Positions 13,115 through 25,800 of a DNA stretch of 64,000 bases are shown piece after piece; positions within the stretch are counted from its first letter, which is position 1; every line of letters starts with the position of its first letter. This stretch comes from Lama glama (Eukaryota). The notes below the pieces were generated by a model that was not told where the DNA came from, ran no database searches, and was given only the letters and a program-made list of their open reading frames with translations. The stretch is from the NCBI GenBank assembly GCA_028534125.1, contig CM052825.1, positions 2,666,001-2,730,000 of the forward strand. The letters are read 5' to 3'. A program made the position numbers and the translations under genes.

Positions 13115-13552
13115 GGGCCTGGGCCCGAGGTCGACCGCAGCCCTCCGCCCCGCCCCCGGGAGGCCTGAGATCTGGGCCCCGAGGGTCGCCCTTGCCCCTC
13201 CCCCACCTTGGGGTTGGCCCCCATCCCCGCACAGCTTGGACACGGAGTTCACACCTGCGCCCCCGCCCGCCGTGGGCAGGGGTTGGGGGCAGCCCAGATT
13301 ACCGCCGGGTCCGGCCCTTGCCCGGCCTGGGCCCCGGGGGTCGCCCTTGCTCCTCTCCCGACCAAAGCTTGGGGTCCCCCATCCCCGCCGGATCAGGACA
13401 CGGTGTCGTTCTTGACCCTTGCCCTGACTGGGCTTTGGGCTTTCAGGGTCGTCCCTGACCCCTCTTGGCCTGGACCCTGAGGGTCACCCTTGCCCCCACC
13501 CCGATCTGGACCCCAGGGTCTCCCTACTCTCTTCCCCGCCTGTTCTGGACCC
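13115..13552 (+). repeat. Degenerate ~35-nt GC-rich minisatellite at the start of intron 1
   Basis: Recurring gggtc(g/a)cccttgcccc...ctggacccc units near 13181, 13337, 13445, 13479 and 13515. Confidence 0.6.
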
Positions 13553-16149
13553 CGGCTCGCCCGCAAACGCATCCTGAGAAGGGTTGCATCAAGCACTGTA
13601 GCTCTGGGAGGTGCGGGGGTCCCAGGGGGAGCAGCTGCAGCCCCCGCCCCGAAGGCCCAGTCCTCTGCAGTGGGGACCAGATCTGAAGGGGCAGCGACTT
13701 GGCCCTAGAGGGGTGAGGTGGCAGAGTGGGCTGGGATCAGGACAGGAAATGCACTCTTGTCAGTGTTCCTGAGGACACAGGTCAGGGGTGCCCAGCACTG
13801 GGGGCATTCAGAGCACAGTTGGGGTTCCTGGACAGGACAGAAGGGGAGGCAGGACTAGGAGAAGGGGACCCGACGCACTCACTTGGCGGTGGGGACAGGC
13901 CGCTGGTGCCCCCAGTGCTTTAGCAACATCCTCGTGTTCCTCACCTCTTCCGGTTCCCGGGGCACCGGCTCCCCCCGCCGCTCTGCCCCAGGAGGTCCTC
14001 GCTTTCTCAAGACCCGTCGTTCAGGAGAAAGCCTGTTTCACTACTCTGCTGTCTTCAGGCACTTTCTTTTTCTGTGAGGTACTTGCTTTTAACTCCTCGT
14101 TAGTGTTTATATTTCTCCAGCGTGCTTGGGATTTCCAACTTGTCTCTGACTGACTGTCTAATGACTCTCACTTTTGTAAGCACCCCGAGTCCAGGGATTT
14201 TTTGCTGGGGTGATTCCCGGGGCCCAAAGCCTGCTTCTGTAAACTTATTTGCTTTCTAGGCCTGGGCATGTTTGGTCATAAGTATTGTATTGAAAAATTT
14301 TCAGTGACTCCCTGGCACGTAGGGCGTGAAAGGGAGTGTACTCAGACTTCATTTCCCCAGTATGGGAGGTATGTGTTTTGATAAAATCAGGTCCTCCTGA
14401 ATAAGATGTGTTTTATCCCATGGTTGCTATTACTCTGTTTGGTCTTTTCTTAACCCACACACTCTCCGTTCTGGGCCATTAAATGCCTTCTGGGGCCAGT
14501 CACGCCCCTCGTGGGAAAGTGACAGCAAACAGTGCCTTCCCCGCCCTGCCCTGTGGCTCTGAGAGGCCTGCTTCTGCTGGTGCATCCCTTCAGAGCTCAG
14601 GCTCTTTAAGTTCTTCCAAGCAGCAGCCTGGCTTCCAGAGCTCCTCCCCTGGCTGTTGAGTGGGTGCGCGTCTGAGGAGGCCTGGCTCCCTGAATCTTCA
14701 AGGCACTAGTATTTTCTTTAACTCCAGGGGAAGAAATTGCAGCCCAGGAAGTCCTCAGACCACGTGCAGAATAGGCCTGCGCCGAGTCCATTGTTTGTGA
14801 AACGTGATTGGCGTTCGTGGCGGTGCCTTCCTTGCCAGCAGGCTTGTGTCCCACAGCCCAGACGTCCCACGCCCTCTGGCTGGTGCTCTGCCCGCGGTGC
14901 CCGTCTGGCTGTGCTGGGATTCAGTGATGCTCTGAGCCAGAGCCACGCAGGCCATCATGTAGAATTCACAGGCACAGAACCAGCGTGCTGGTGGAGGAGC
15001 ACCACGTGGACGTCCATGCCTTCCTGGAAGAGGGCAGTTTGCTTCCGAGACCGTCAGAGCCTGCGGACAGACACGTTCAGCAGTCTGGGTGGCTTCATCT
15101 TCTTTATTATTTCAGAAAACGTAACTGAGATAGTCACATCCATAGGGCAGGCTGCTGTGAGCTTCTTTTTAGATTCAAGTCAAAGCACTGGGGCCCATCA
15201 CTTTGCAAGTACTCAAGTAATGTTTCACGCATCCCGGGAAAGGAAGTTGGATGTCCACGTTTCTGTCGCCTCGAAATGGGAAATTCAGTGCTGACTTTTA
15301 AAGAATGGCAAGATTAATTGTGTCCTCCCAGGCTTTGGTACACGGTTTTGCCAGGAGTATTTGAAGTTGTGAATTTCTTCACCATAAGTTTAACGTTCTT
15401 GCCATGTTGGAGTCTTGTAGACTGAAAATGCCTGCATTTTGTGGCTGCAGCTGCTCTTCTTTGTGTTGTGGTGTCATGCCTTTTCCCGCCGGGTGACTCT
15501 GCCTGTCCCCTGTGTCCCTGACACCCCCCACCATTCCTCCCTTTCCTGTCCCCTCAAAGATACACACGCTGAAGAAGAATACCAGAATTTACCCACATTT
15601 ATGCCTAAACACGTGTTTTTCTAAAACTGAAATTAATTCCATTAGTTTTTTAATCGTCAGTTGTATCCTGACCCGCGTTACCATTAACACCGTGCAGGAG
15701 CTGACTGGCAGTGTGCACACAGCGAGCTTGTGTCTGTTGAGTGAAAAATCAGTGACTAAGTGAATACGCAGCTTCCATGGTGCGAGGAGCAGCAGTGTCC
15801 CCAGTCAGCCGGTTTCCAAGGCAGACAGTCAGGTGCCCGGGGTGTGTGACCACTTTCTGGGGGCACGTGGGTGTGTGACTGTGGCCCTTTGTCCCAGCGG
15901 GTCTGGAGTTTCGGTTAGATGCGGGGTGCTAGTGAGAGGCAAAGACCCGTGCCCCGCCGTGCACTTGCTCTTCCCTCTTTTGTCCCAGCCTCCTTTCCTA
16001 ATTCTTCTATAGAACAAGGATGAGAGACGTGAACAGTTGCCGTGAGGGCGGACTTCTTGGTGTGGTAGCTTCTGTGAGCAGTGAGCTTTATGGGACCCTT
16101 TTTTTCTCTTGACTCTCCTGTGAGTTCCAAGTTTTCTGAGCTGAGCATG

Positions 16150-16450
16150 GCTCCTTTTACTGCAGAAAGTTTCAAACATGAAAACAGAGTAGTGAATCCA
16201 CGTTCCTGTCACCCAGCCTCTGCGACTGCCGACTGCCGTGTTGTGGCCTCGCTCGTTTTATCCTGGTCCCTACTCACCTGTCCCCCACCCATGTTGTTTG
16301 GAAGCCAGTCCAAAATGTCATATCCCTCCGGCTGTAAATATCTCAATAACAGATAAAGATTCCTTTTTTAAAACCTAACCACAATCTCATTATCACACCA
16401 AAAACTTAATAACAGTTTCTTACTGTCATCAAACTTCCAATCAGTATTTG
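16150..16450 (-). mobile_element. Ancient L1MC/ME 3' fragment
   Basis: taaccacaatctcattatcacaccaaaaacttaataacagtttctta...tcaaacttccaatcagtatt. Confidence 0.55.
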
Positions 16451-19194
16451 GAATTCCCTTCCCATTCCATGGGTTTTTTTCCCCTTTCTATTCTTACAGT
16501 GTGTCTGTCTGAATCAGGAACTAAATCAGGTCCAGACACCGTGATTGGTTGGCGTGTCTCTCCCGTCTCTTTCAGGCTGGAGGCTCCATCTCTCTCTCTC
16601 TTTCTCTCTGAAGAAGCAGGGTCATGTGCCCTGCCCCTCGTCATACTCTGCTGTTACAGACTGGATTTCTGTTGTGACCTTTTACAACATCCTCTCCCCT
16701 GTCGTTCCTGTAAATCTGTTGTTGGACCTGGAGATTTGGTCAGACTGAAGTCTGGTGTTTTTTTTAGCCAGAACTCTCATAGGCAGCGGTGCACGCTTCT
16801 GGCAGGAAGCAGACACTTCTGTTTCTCTCCCCGAGCAGCTTTTGATGGTCATCGCTGGGGTCCATAAATTTAGTGTCCCTGTATGTACTCTTGTCATTCA
16901 TTTTGGCTGCCAGCATATGTATTTCACCTTGCTGACGTGTTCTGCCCTCTCAGAGACGTGTTGTGCATGGCAGATGTTACAGATCATAGCTCCTGTTAGT
17001 GTACTGGGATAAAAAGTAATTAATTGTAACCACGAAAGCATTTTACTACATAAATAATTGTTTAGGCCCTGGGAAAACATACAGGACGTGGTTTCTCATT
17101 GCTCTTCCAACTGGTCACTGGAAGAACATGGAGTTAGTTACTAACCATCATTCAGAAGTTACCAAGTTGAACTTATTTTGAAATTCATTAGAAAACGCCC
17201 TAGACTTGGTGAAGACAGCAGGTGTTTGCTGAGCTCGTCAGGACCGGCATCCCTGGAAACAGTAACTGTGTTCCTTTCTCCCCGGCCCAGTGGGAGCCGC
17301 AGGGTCCACATGTGACCCGATGCCTCCGTCACGGGTGGTTGGTTGGTTGATCTGGGAGGGGCCCATGTGCCCGGTGGGATTTGCACCTGGGGCGAGAGAG
17401 GGGATCAGATCGGTCTGTTTCCAGCAGCTGAAGCCAGAAAAGGTGGGACCTGAGTTTGTGCCGGCTGATTCCACGCAAGGGGGGAGCAGTGATCAGGGAG
17501 GAGGGATGTGTGTGGACCGGCGCAGAGCTGGGAGGGCCATGGAGCCACGCAGGAGGCTGTCACTCGAGCCTGACCCATCAGACCTGGAGAGGGTGACCCG
17601 GGACTAGGGAGGAGGAGATTTGGCCGAAGCATCTTCTGAGGGAAGAGGTTCTGCTCTGGTGGCTGGATGGAAGAGACGGAAGAGACGGTTTGCTCTGGAA
17701 GCTGGAGGAATGATGCCGGGGGAGGGGGAGGGTGGTGTCGGAAGGAGGACCGTTCAGTGGAACGAACGAAGCTTTAGACCCAGTGGGACCCCGTGGGGTT
17801 GCATCTGGATGCTGTGGTCAGAATACAAAATGTGGCATTTTCTCTAAAGAAGTGCTTTCTACTGCTTTCCCTGCCAGTTGTTAGTTGCTGTGTATCACAT
17901 TTATTTGTCCAAAGTCAGACTGTCTTGTTGAAAACGTACTTTAAGAGGTTCAGAGGAGTGCAGCAAATCTGGAACCAGTGTGTGGACCCTGTGGTGATGG
18001 AAGTGCGTGCCACTTACTAGCACCGAGTTCCCGGGGAGGTTTTTGGGCTTATCACCTCATATAAGAAAATTTGTATGGTATTTGAAAAATCGATTTGTGA
18101 GAAGGATGGTGTTTTTCTTGTAGTGTGTGTTGAATTTATAATAACTTTATAAAAGCCTTTGTCATTGATGAAGGAATTGGGTTAGTAGGTGGTCAAAGGG
18201 TATTAAGTAGAATTTTAATGGTGTTCATGGTATTTTCAGAAAAGACACAGCTCTATTTGAAATTCTGTGCTGAAATGAAAGGAAAGCGTTTGGTTCGGAG
18301 TTACAGTAATTCACTATTTGCTGTTTTTGCGTCTCGTGAATGTCAGGGGATAAACTTGCTAAATTAATGACGACTTGAATTACAGCGATGCCTCATTTCC
18401 ATAATTACCCCACATTTAAAGCGTTTCATATTAAAATGAGAGGATTATATACAGTCCTTTCGCTTTGGCTTCCTGGAAAACAGGCCCCTGCGTTGTGGCT
18501 TGTTAGGGGCCTGGAGATGGTTGTCATGGCTGCTCGCTGGTCACGAGATTCTGGTTTTCTGGTGAAATGTTGCTGGTTGATTGAAAGGAAAGCAAATGCA
18601 GTTTGCGTGTGTGAACACACCTTGTGAAGTGTCAAGGGGAGCCAGGAGGGTGTGCTGTGTTGTCCCGGGGTCTGAAGGGCGGCTGTGTGACGGGCGCACC
18701 CCCGTGGGCCTCACGGGACCCCCTTCTGGGGTGCGACCGCCGAGGGCTCTTCCTGCCACCCTGGCGTGCGCTGGAGGCGAGCTAGTGACGGGCTGGCTGG
18801 GCGCGGGCCTGCCGGTGCCGGCGCTCAGTCCCGGACTGCCTGCAAGCCTGTGGCTTTTGTCTCCTCAGAGCGACCTCCAGTAGACGCACAGAACGGGGTG
18901 GGTATTTTACCTGTGATTTGATTAAGAAGGAACTCTTGCCCTTTGTCACCTGACGATGTAACCGTTGGTCCCCTCAGAGGACATCGTGCTCCCCAAAGTG
19001 TGTGTGCAGAGCTGGGCTCTGACCGCCCTGCCACCTGCTCTAAGCCCCCGGGGCTGTGCAGTGCCCTGTCCGCCTTCCTCGGCAGGGGCCCCGGCCCTTC
19101 TGCAGGTGTTCCCCGCACCTGCCCCCTGCGTTTCGCGGTGCTCGGTTGCCTGTGTGCAGAGAGGCCTCCCGGTACCCCACGCGTGTGTTTAGCC

Positions 19195-19885
19195 AGCCAC
19201 TCTCAGAGTTTTGGATCCAAGGGCCCTTTTACACCCTCACACATTACTGAGGTCCCCGGGGAACTTCTGTTTATGTGAGATTTGTTTGTTATACTTAGCA
19301 TGTTAGAAATTAGACCTGACAAATTAAAGTCTATTTATTATTCTATTCAAAAATAGCAGTAATAAGCCTATTTTTTATGAAAAAGTGGCTCTGTCTCCCC
19401 AAACGAAAACATTTAGTGTCAGGGTATTCTTTTTTTTTTTTTTTTTGGTAAAAAGTCCATCTGAATAGAAGACAGCTGAACTGCCCCGCCGCCCCCGCTT
19501 TGGGGCTGTTGTGATGCTTTGTTTCTGTGACGCGTATGAAGGAAACCCAGACTCACCCAGACGTGTAGCCGGAGGAGGGAGGAGCCTCTCGGAGGCCTGT
19601 CAGAAGACTGAGGATGCTGTTGTTCGGGGCCTCTCCAAAACTTGACAGTGGCCCTTTCTTAAAGGTTAATTGCAGGATGGAGTCTGAACCCTCGTCAGTG
19701 GACTTTCTGTAAAACTCTGTTACATTAAAATCTGTTGCTCTCTCCTGCATTTTGAATAAATCTTCTACCAGCACATGATTTTATAACCTCATACGTTGGT
19801 CATTCAGAAAAACATCGATTGAGTTATGTAAATCATCTAATGTCAATATATCTTATTATACAAAGAAAAGTATATTTTATCTTTC
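19195..19885. mobile_element. Charlie1-like hAT DNA transposon remnant
   Basis: Terminus cagccactctcagagttttgg...cccttttacaccctc...ttactgaggtcccc...ttctgtttatgtg and internal aaacttgacagtgg...ttcttaaaggttaattgca...ctctgttacattaaaatc resemble Charlie1 as remembered. Confidence 0.65.
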
Positions 19886-22800
19886 TTTGACAGGTAGCTG
19901 AATTTGATCCCTTGCACCCAGCAACTCATGGTTTTGAAAATGGAAATCTTTGAGAGGCTCGGGCTTTTCGATGTAGTCTGACTTTTAAATTTGCTGTAAA
20001 AGTCAAGCGACAGTACATTTTTGTAGAAATAAGGAGGTTGTATAATGTAGTCTTTGGCCTTTATTGGCATCTTGTGGCATAATTTGGTGTAACTTTAGTA
20101 ATTGTTTTGTACGTACAGTCAATTCCTGCTTATTTGAAATGGAACTGGCCATCTTGCCAATTATTTCTGTTATTTTCCCGTAACCAAGTAGGATGCTGTG
20201 GGGTTCCCCAGTGACACCCCCGCTTTTTCCCTTCAGCCAAGGGCGTGGGGACACCAGGAAAAGGCAGAGTGAAGCAGGGTGGGCGTGGAGTGACGCATCC
20301 CTCAAGGGATGTCAGTGACAACGTGTTTTTAAGGACACAGTCCTTGTTCGGGGTTTTCCTTGGAACCTTTCTAAGCACACTTGTTAAAAAAAAAAAAAGA
20401 CGGTCCCCTTTGGATAAAGATAAATACTCACTCTCCGTCCCCCATCTGAGATTTTGCTCCGTGAATACTTTTCTTTCTTCCCTCCTCACAGTAAATCAAT
20501 GTTACACAGAGGAGAAAACTGATCTTCCGTCTGTTCTGAAAGAGCTTTGCCTTTTGTGATTCATATCACACAAAAGATACTTGTGATCGGTCCAAATGGG
20601 CAGTTACAAGGTTAGTGTTCTGGGGGGCCTGCCTCGCTGCCCCACTCCAGGCTCACGCTGCTCTGTTTCACAGAGAGTCTGGTTCTTCGGGGCAGCATAC
20701 AGAATTCAAAAAATAATTTGATAGCTTTACGTTGCAATTTTGTGCACATCTCCACGTAAAGTGGCTGGTGGTGATCTGACGTGTTGGGTGTTCCTTTGAC
20801 GTTGGGGAGCCACCACAATGGGTTTCATCATGGGCTGCAGGGAGCCCATGCCTGAGTCAAGCTCGGATGGATGCACAGGCCGGGCTGGACCGCTGCCCAC
20901 GGAAAGCCTTCCCGGAAACACTGCCTCCTGTCACGTGGCTTGGGTCCAGTTGACTGATGAAATTCGGGAGCTTCCTATATGTTACCAGGAAGCCTTGGCT
21001 GGAGTGTTCCTTGGTGAAAAAAAAAATTGTAGACTTAGTCACTCTTTGGACCTGATTTTGAAAGCAAGTTAGAGTGAAATCTGATGACGTGGATGCAGTG
21101 AGCAGGCTGGAGGCCACGGGGTCCTGGGAAGAGGGGTGTTGCACAGTGGAGGCTTGTGTCCCCACCTCCACCCACGGGGACGTCAGCGTCCGGTCCGCTT
21201 GGCAGATAGATCCAGCCAGGGACGGTGGCTCGGGTCGCTCACTGCCTGTATCTGGAGCCCGTGTAAACCAGGGCACTCACGACCGGGAGCTCCTGGCCTG
21301 TGGTTACTTGGCTGGCAGCTCATCCAGCTTAGCAGTCATGTTTTGCTCTGAAGCTGTGGTGTGGACAGGCTTTCCAGGCCCACCTACCCTTGGGTTCGCT
21401 GGCAGGGACCCATGGAGTCTGGAATGTTCTGCAGCAGTGGAAGGTTTCCTTGTCCACGCCGCCCAGCCTGCAGCCCCGGTCCTGCACAGCTGAGAACGCT
21501 TGAAGTGGGGCGAACGTGACCGAAGGACTGAACTTTAGTTCTTACTTAGCTTTTCAATTAGTGCAGGTGAAAATGGCCACGTGTGCCTAAGGGTGGCTCT
21601 GGGGAGTTGGCAGGTCCGTGGGTCCCAGGTCCCGGGTGCGGCCACCGTCTCAGTTTACCGCGTTCACCCCGGAGGCACGGATCTGATTTCCCACTGTGGC
21701 TTTGCGGTGGGAAGACGGGGAGGAAGGAGGGGTGCAGGCCGCGGGGTCAGGCAGACCACCTGGTAAGTGGGGGGCCGCTGTGGGGAAGGCCCTGGCCCTT
21801 CCTTGAGACTTGTGCGGCGGGCGGGGGCGTGTCCTCCGGTTTCCACCCCTCGGGGCCGCGGGCACATTCGAATGGATGGCTTCTGCTTTTCCCTCTATTG
21901 CCCAAGTTCTGGAGGCCAGAGGAAGAAAGTCAGGACCTGAGACATGACTCCTGTACATTGTCAGTAAAGACAGAACAGCTTTGGAGAAATTTTTTTTTAA
22001 ACTCTACCTATTGTAAATCAGCTGTACTTCAATTAATTAAAAAAAACAAACAAAAAACCCCAGCTCTCCCTGGCCCTCTGCAGCCCTGGGTCTACGGGCG
22101 TGTTGGTTGTCTGTGGACTCCATGCTGGTGCAGCTCCCGACTGCGGGTATCTGGGTTCCCCGCCCTTGCTTTTCGATGCCTTGGTGAGCAGATGTGCGCA
22201 CATCTGCATGGACACCTGCTCAGACAGGTGGCGGTTGTTCACGTGCTTGCGTGGTGCCTGTGCTTTGAGGACTCCCCGGGGTTGGTCACTATGCTGTGTG
22301 GACATGGGCTTGTGTCCGTCCCCCTCCGGGAGCCATAAGTTCCACCAGGGTGGGGCTGCGTTCCCAGGGCCAGCTTGGCTCTTGGGAGACACTAAACATC
22401 TGCCGAGTGTTTACTTATGCACCTAATCTTGTGTAGCTTGCTGGCTGCTGGAAAGGGTAAATTTCAATGCCTTGCTCCTGGAAAGTCCGAAATAGGTGTT
22501 TTTGATCCACGGTCAGAAAAGTCTTCAAGTGGCGATGCACGGACCCAGGCCAGCACCGTCCAGTGTCGTGGCACACCTTCCCCACCCTCCTCGTTAGCTC
22601 GGCCTCCAGGCTGCAGTGATGTCTGCACCAGGCCTTCGGGGAGGTTGTGGGGGGCAGTGTGAGGGGCTAGGCAGGCCTCACGTCTGCTCTTGCGCCCCTG
22701 AGCTCAGGCCAGGGCCGTGGACGTGGGGAGAAACACTTGGCTTGGGTGTAGCCAGACTGCAGCCTGTGAGCCAGGCCCCTCAGGCCCGTGTTGGGTGAAG

Positions 22801-25800
22801 CTGTATTGGAGCGGGGCCACGCCCACTTGTTTACAGGCTCTGGCTGCATGTGAGACAGGCCACGTGGCACAGAAGCCTAACGCAGGTCGCACAGCCCGCT
22901 CCAGAGCACACGTGGTCACACGTGGCCGTCAGCACCTTCACATTACTGGTTTCCTTTCCGTGGACCCCGTGTTCCTTGTTATGTTTAATCCCGGCTGTTT
23001 TATCATTTCTCTGGGGGATGGTTAATACAGATGGGTTCTGTTCCCCTGATTCTTTTCTAAAGAGTCAGATCTCACACGTAGGAAGGGTGGGCCCCCTCCC
23101 CTCAGCACTGCCGTGTGACCTTCCTGAGAACGGGTGTTTTCTATAACTGCCGTGGTGGTGCTGAGTTCTGGGAAAGTCCCGGTGCTGTGACGCTGCATCG
23201 GACCCCCACCCGGCGCCGGCTCTGGCAGTCCTTGCAGGTTCCACCGCCGTCTGGGGCGGGTCAGGATGGAGGCTGCGTCCAGGTGCCTGTCCCTTCAGCC
23301 TCCTTAACCTGGAACAGCTCCTCAGCCCTGCCTCGTCTCCACGGACCTGGACGTTTCTGAGGAAAAGAGGAGTTACTCTATCGGACATCCTCCCATCTAG
23401 GTTTATCCGATTGGACGACATCCTGAGGGGGTTGGCTGGAGCGTCTCTGGCTGAAATGTGGGAAGGGGGCCGTGCGCCCTGCTCGGGGCGCCGCCCAGAC
23501 ACGGGGGTTGCGGGGGGAGAGCCTGCCCCGTGAGGCTCGTGTGGTCCCTTGGTTTCGGTGTGGTCGAGCTTCACCAAATAGCCACTGCTCTTCTTCTTGT
23601 AATTCATAAGTAATTTCTGAGATTCAGTACTGGAATAATACTAATTTTGTATCCAACCACACTTACTGGTTTTAGTAACAGTTTTCTAACTCACTTTTCA
23701 GGTGTGTTTTTAGGCCAGAATCTTCATCTGCAGATAGCGATCACTTTGTGTCTTCTACTGCTTCATCTCTCGTTTCTCTCTGTTGTCTTGTTCAGTTGGC
23801 CAGAGCCTCCAAGTGCCGCTCAGTAAATGCCGAGGAGGGGCTCCTTCCTGGCTGCAGCTCTGCTGCCCAGACCCCCTGTCTGCAGGCAGCCTTCCCGGCG
23901 CTTCTCCGAGGCGAGGTCCCGCGGGCAGCGCCCCCTCAGCGCCGCAGGGTTCCCTGTCGGGCCGTCTCTCTGTTCCTGGAGTGATTTGTAGCTGTTTATC
24001 TGACACTCTCTGAGTGCTGGGGGAGCAGGGCTGTGCTTTTATGATTTGTTACTATAACCTTGATGCCTCCTATCAGTGTGATTGACACATAGTTGGCAGT
24101 TTATAAATTGTTGGCAAAATTAATCACAAACAGGAGGGCTCTGGCCAGAAGCAATCTGGCCAAAGAAAGTGGTCAAACATTATGGTAGCTTAGGTTTTAA
24201 AAGATCTGGCTTCATCACCACCCAGCTGGTAGCCTTGAGCAAGGGACCTAACTGAAGGTCCCATCTCCCCATCTGTAAAACAGGCACACTGCCCGCTTCC
24301 TGGGTCATCATGAGACCTGGAAGTGAGTGAACGAATGAAAAGCCCTCACCTCGGTGCCTGGTTCTGGACCCGCTTGGACTGCGCCCAGCTCATAGCCATC
24401 TTCACTGCTGTCGTTACTAGTCACCGAGTAGGAGAGAGGCTGTGCTCGCTCGGTGAGGCACGCGGGTGCCGGAAGTGAGATCTGGTTTGTTGCTGGGAGC
24501 CATTGCAGTGCCCCTAGCTCAGCACAGTGGGTAGCCGGCCCCGCGCCTTCTAGCCGAGGGGCTGGTCGCCCGGGAGCTCTGGAGAGGGTGGTTTTCCGGC
24601 CCGGGTTTGGCATCACCAGGACCCCTCCCGGGCCTAAGGTTGTGTGATCAGAGCGAATTAGTAGCTTTGTCTTCTTGTGTTTCTCCGAGCTGCTTGTCTG
24701 GAGGATGGGAGCTCAGAGTACAGGAGATTTTACCTTGAATAGGTCTGCATAGCCCCAGGAGGTGCACAGACAGCCCAGACTGGGGCAGGACACCGGGAGA
24801 CAGCGGACTGGGGGCTTGGATCTCAAGCCAGCCTCGCCTAGCCTGATCGTCACCACAAGGTTCTGTCCACCACAGGCTGAGATGCAGGGCATTTTGTAAG
24901 GAAGAAGCTATGAATTGGAGGTGGAAACCCAGAAGTGATAAAGTACCTCATGTGTACACCAAGGCGTTTAAAAATACAGAAAAGTACAGAGGATAATTCA
25001 GCATGGACTTGTGTACCCACAGAGGATCAATGTTTTTTCACATTCCCTTGGATTAAGTCTTTAAATAAGAGAAACAGCACATTGCAGGTGATGCTGGGGT
25101 ACTCTGAGTTCCGGTGACCCTTAGGAGTTTGACCTTCTCGTATGTTCCACACCCAGAGACATGGACGAGTGGTACTTCAGCTGTGTGTGCGCATGGGGGG
25201 GGTGACGTGCGTGGACGGCTGTCACACATCTTCATTATGCTGTGTGTGTGTATACTGTGTGTTTTCCACGTCTCACAGCTGTGGCTGTGTCTTCGTAGCC
25301 CCAGCGTCTGACCACGGCCCTCCTGGCTCCGCAGCCTTGTCCCACCCTTCCTTCCCTGGTCCTTGCTCCAGCCTCTCCTCGTGTCTGTGCACATCCAGGT
25401 CTCAGACTGAGCATCCCTGCCTGCCCCTCGTCCGGGTTGGTCCTGTCCCCTCCCAGGGGCATCGGGGCTCACCTGCAGCCACCTCTCCTGAGCTCCCAGC
25501 TGGATCGAGGGTCCCTGGGCATCTCCGTCCTGGACCCGGATGGACCCTGAAAGGCCGCCCTCCGTTCCCCTCGCCCACGCTCCCAGTGGCCTTTTGGTTC
25601 CTAAGGTCTTGGTTTTCCTCTCCTTGTGAGTGCTCACTAGGTGTTGGTGCTGCAGGGCTGGGAACACAGGGGGTCCAGGGAGACAGCAGGATGATGCCGT
25701 GAGCACAGAGAGCGAGCCATGGTGTGATCTCAGGGAGTGTGGGGTGCGGTGGGGGAGGTCCACCAGGAGCATGTTTGATGGTGGAGGGGTGCTTCCTGGG

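Noticed and set aside
21654-21768. Perfect donor CTG|GTAAGT at 21762/21763
   Set aside because: No convincing polypyrimidine acceptor upstream; isolated donors are common.
23926-23942. CTCF-like motifs (also near 50138 and 60545)
   Set aside because: Only partial matches to the core; cannot be supported without PWM scoring or ChIP data.
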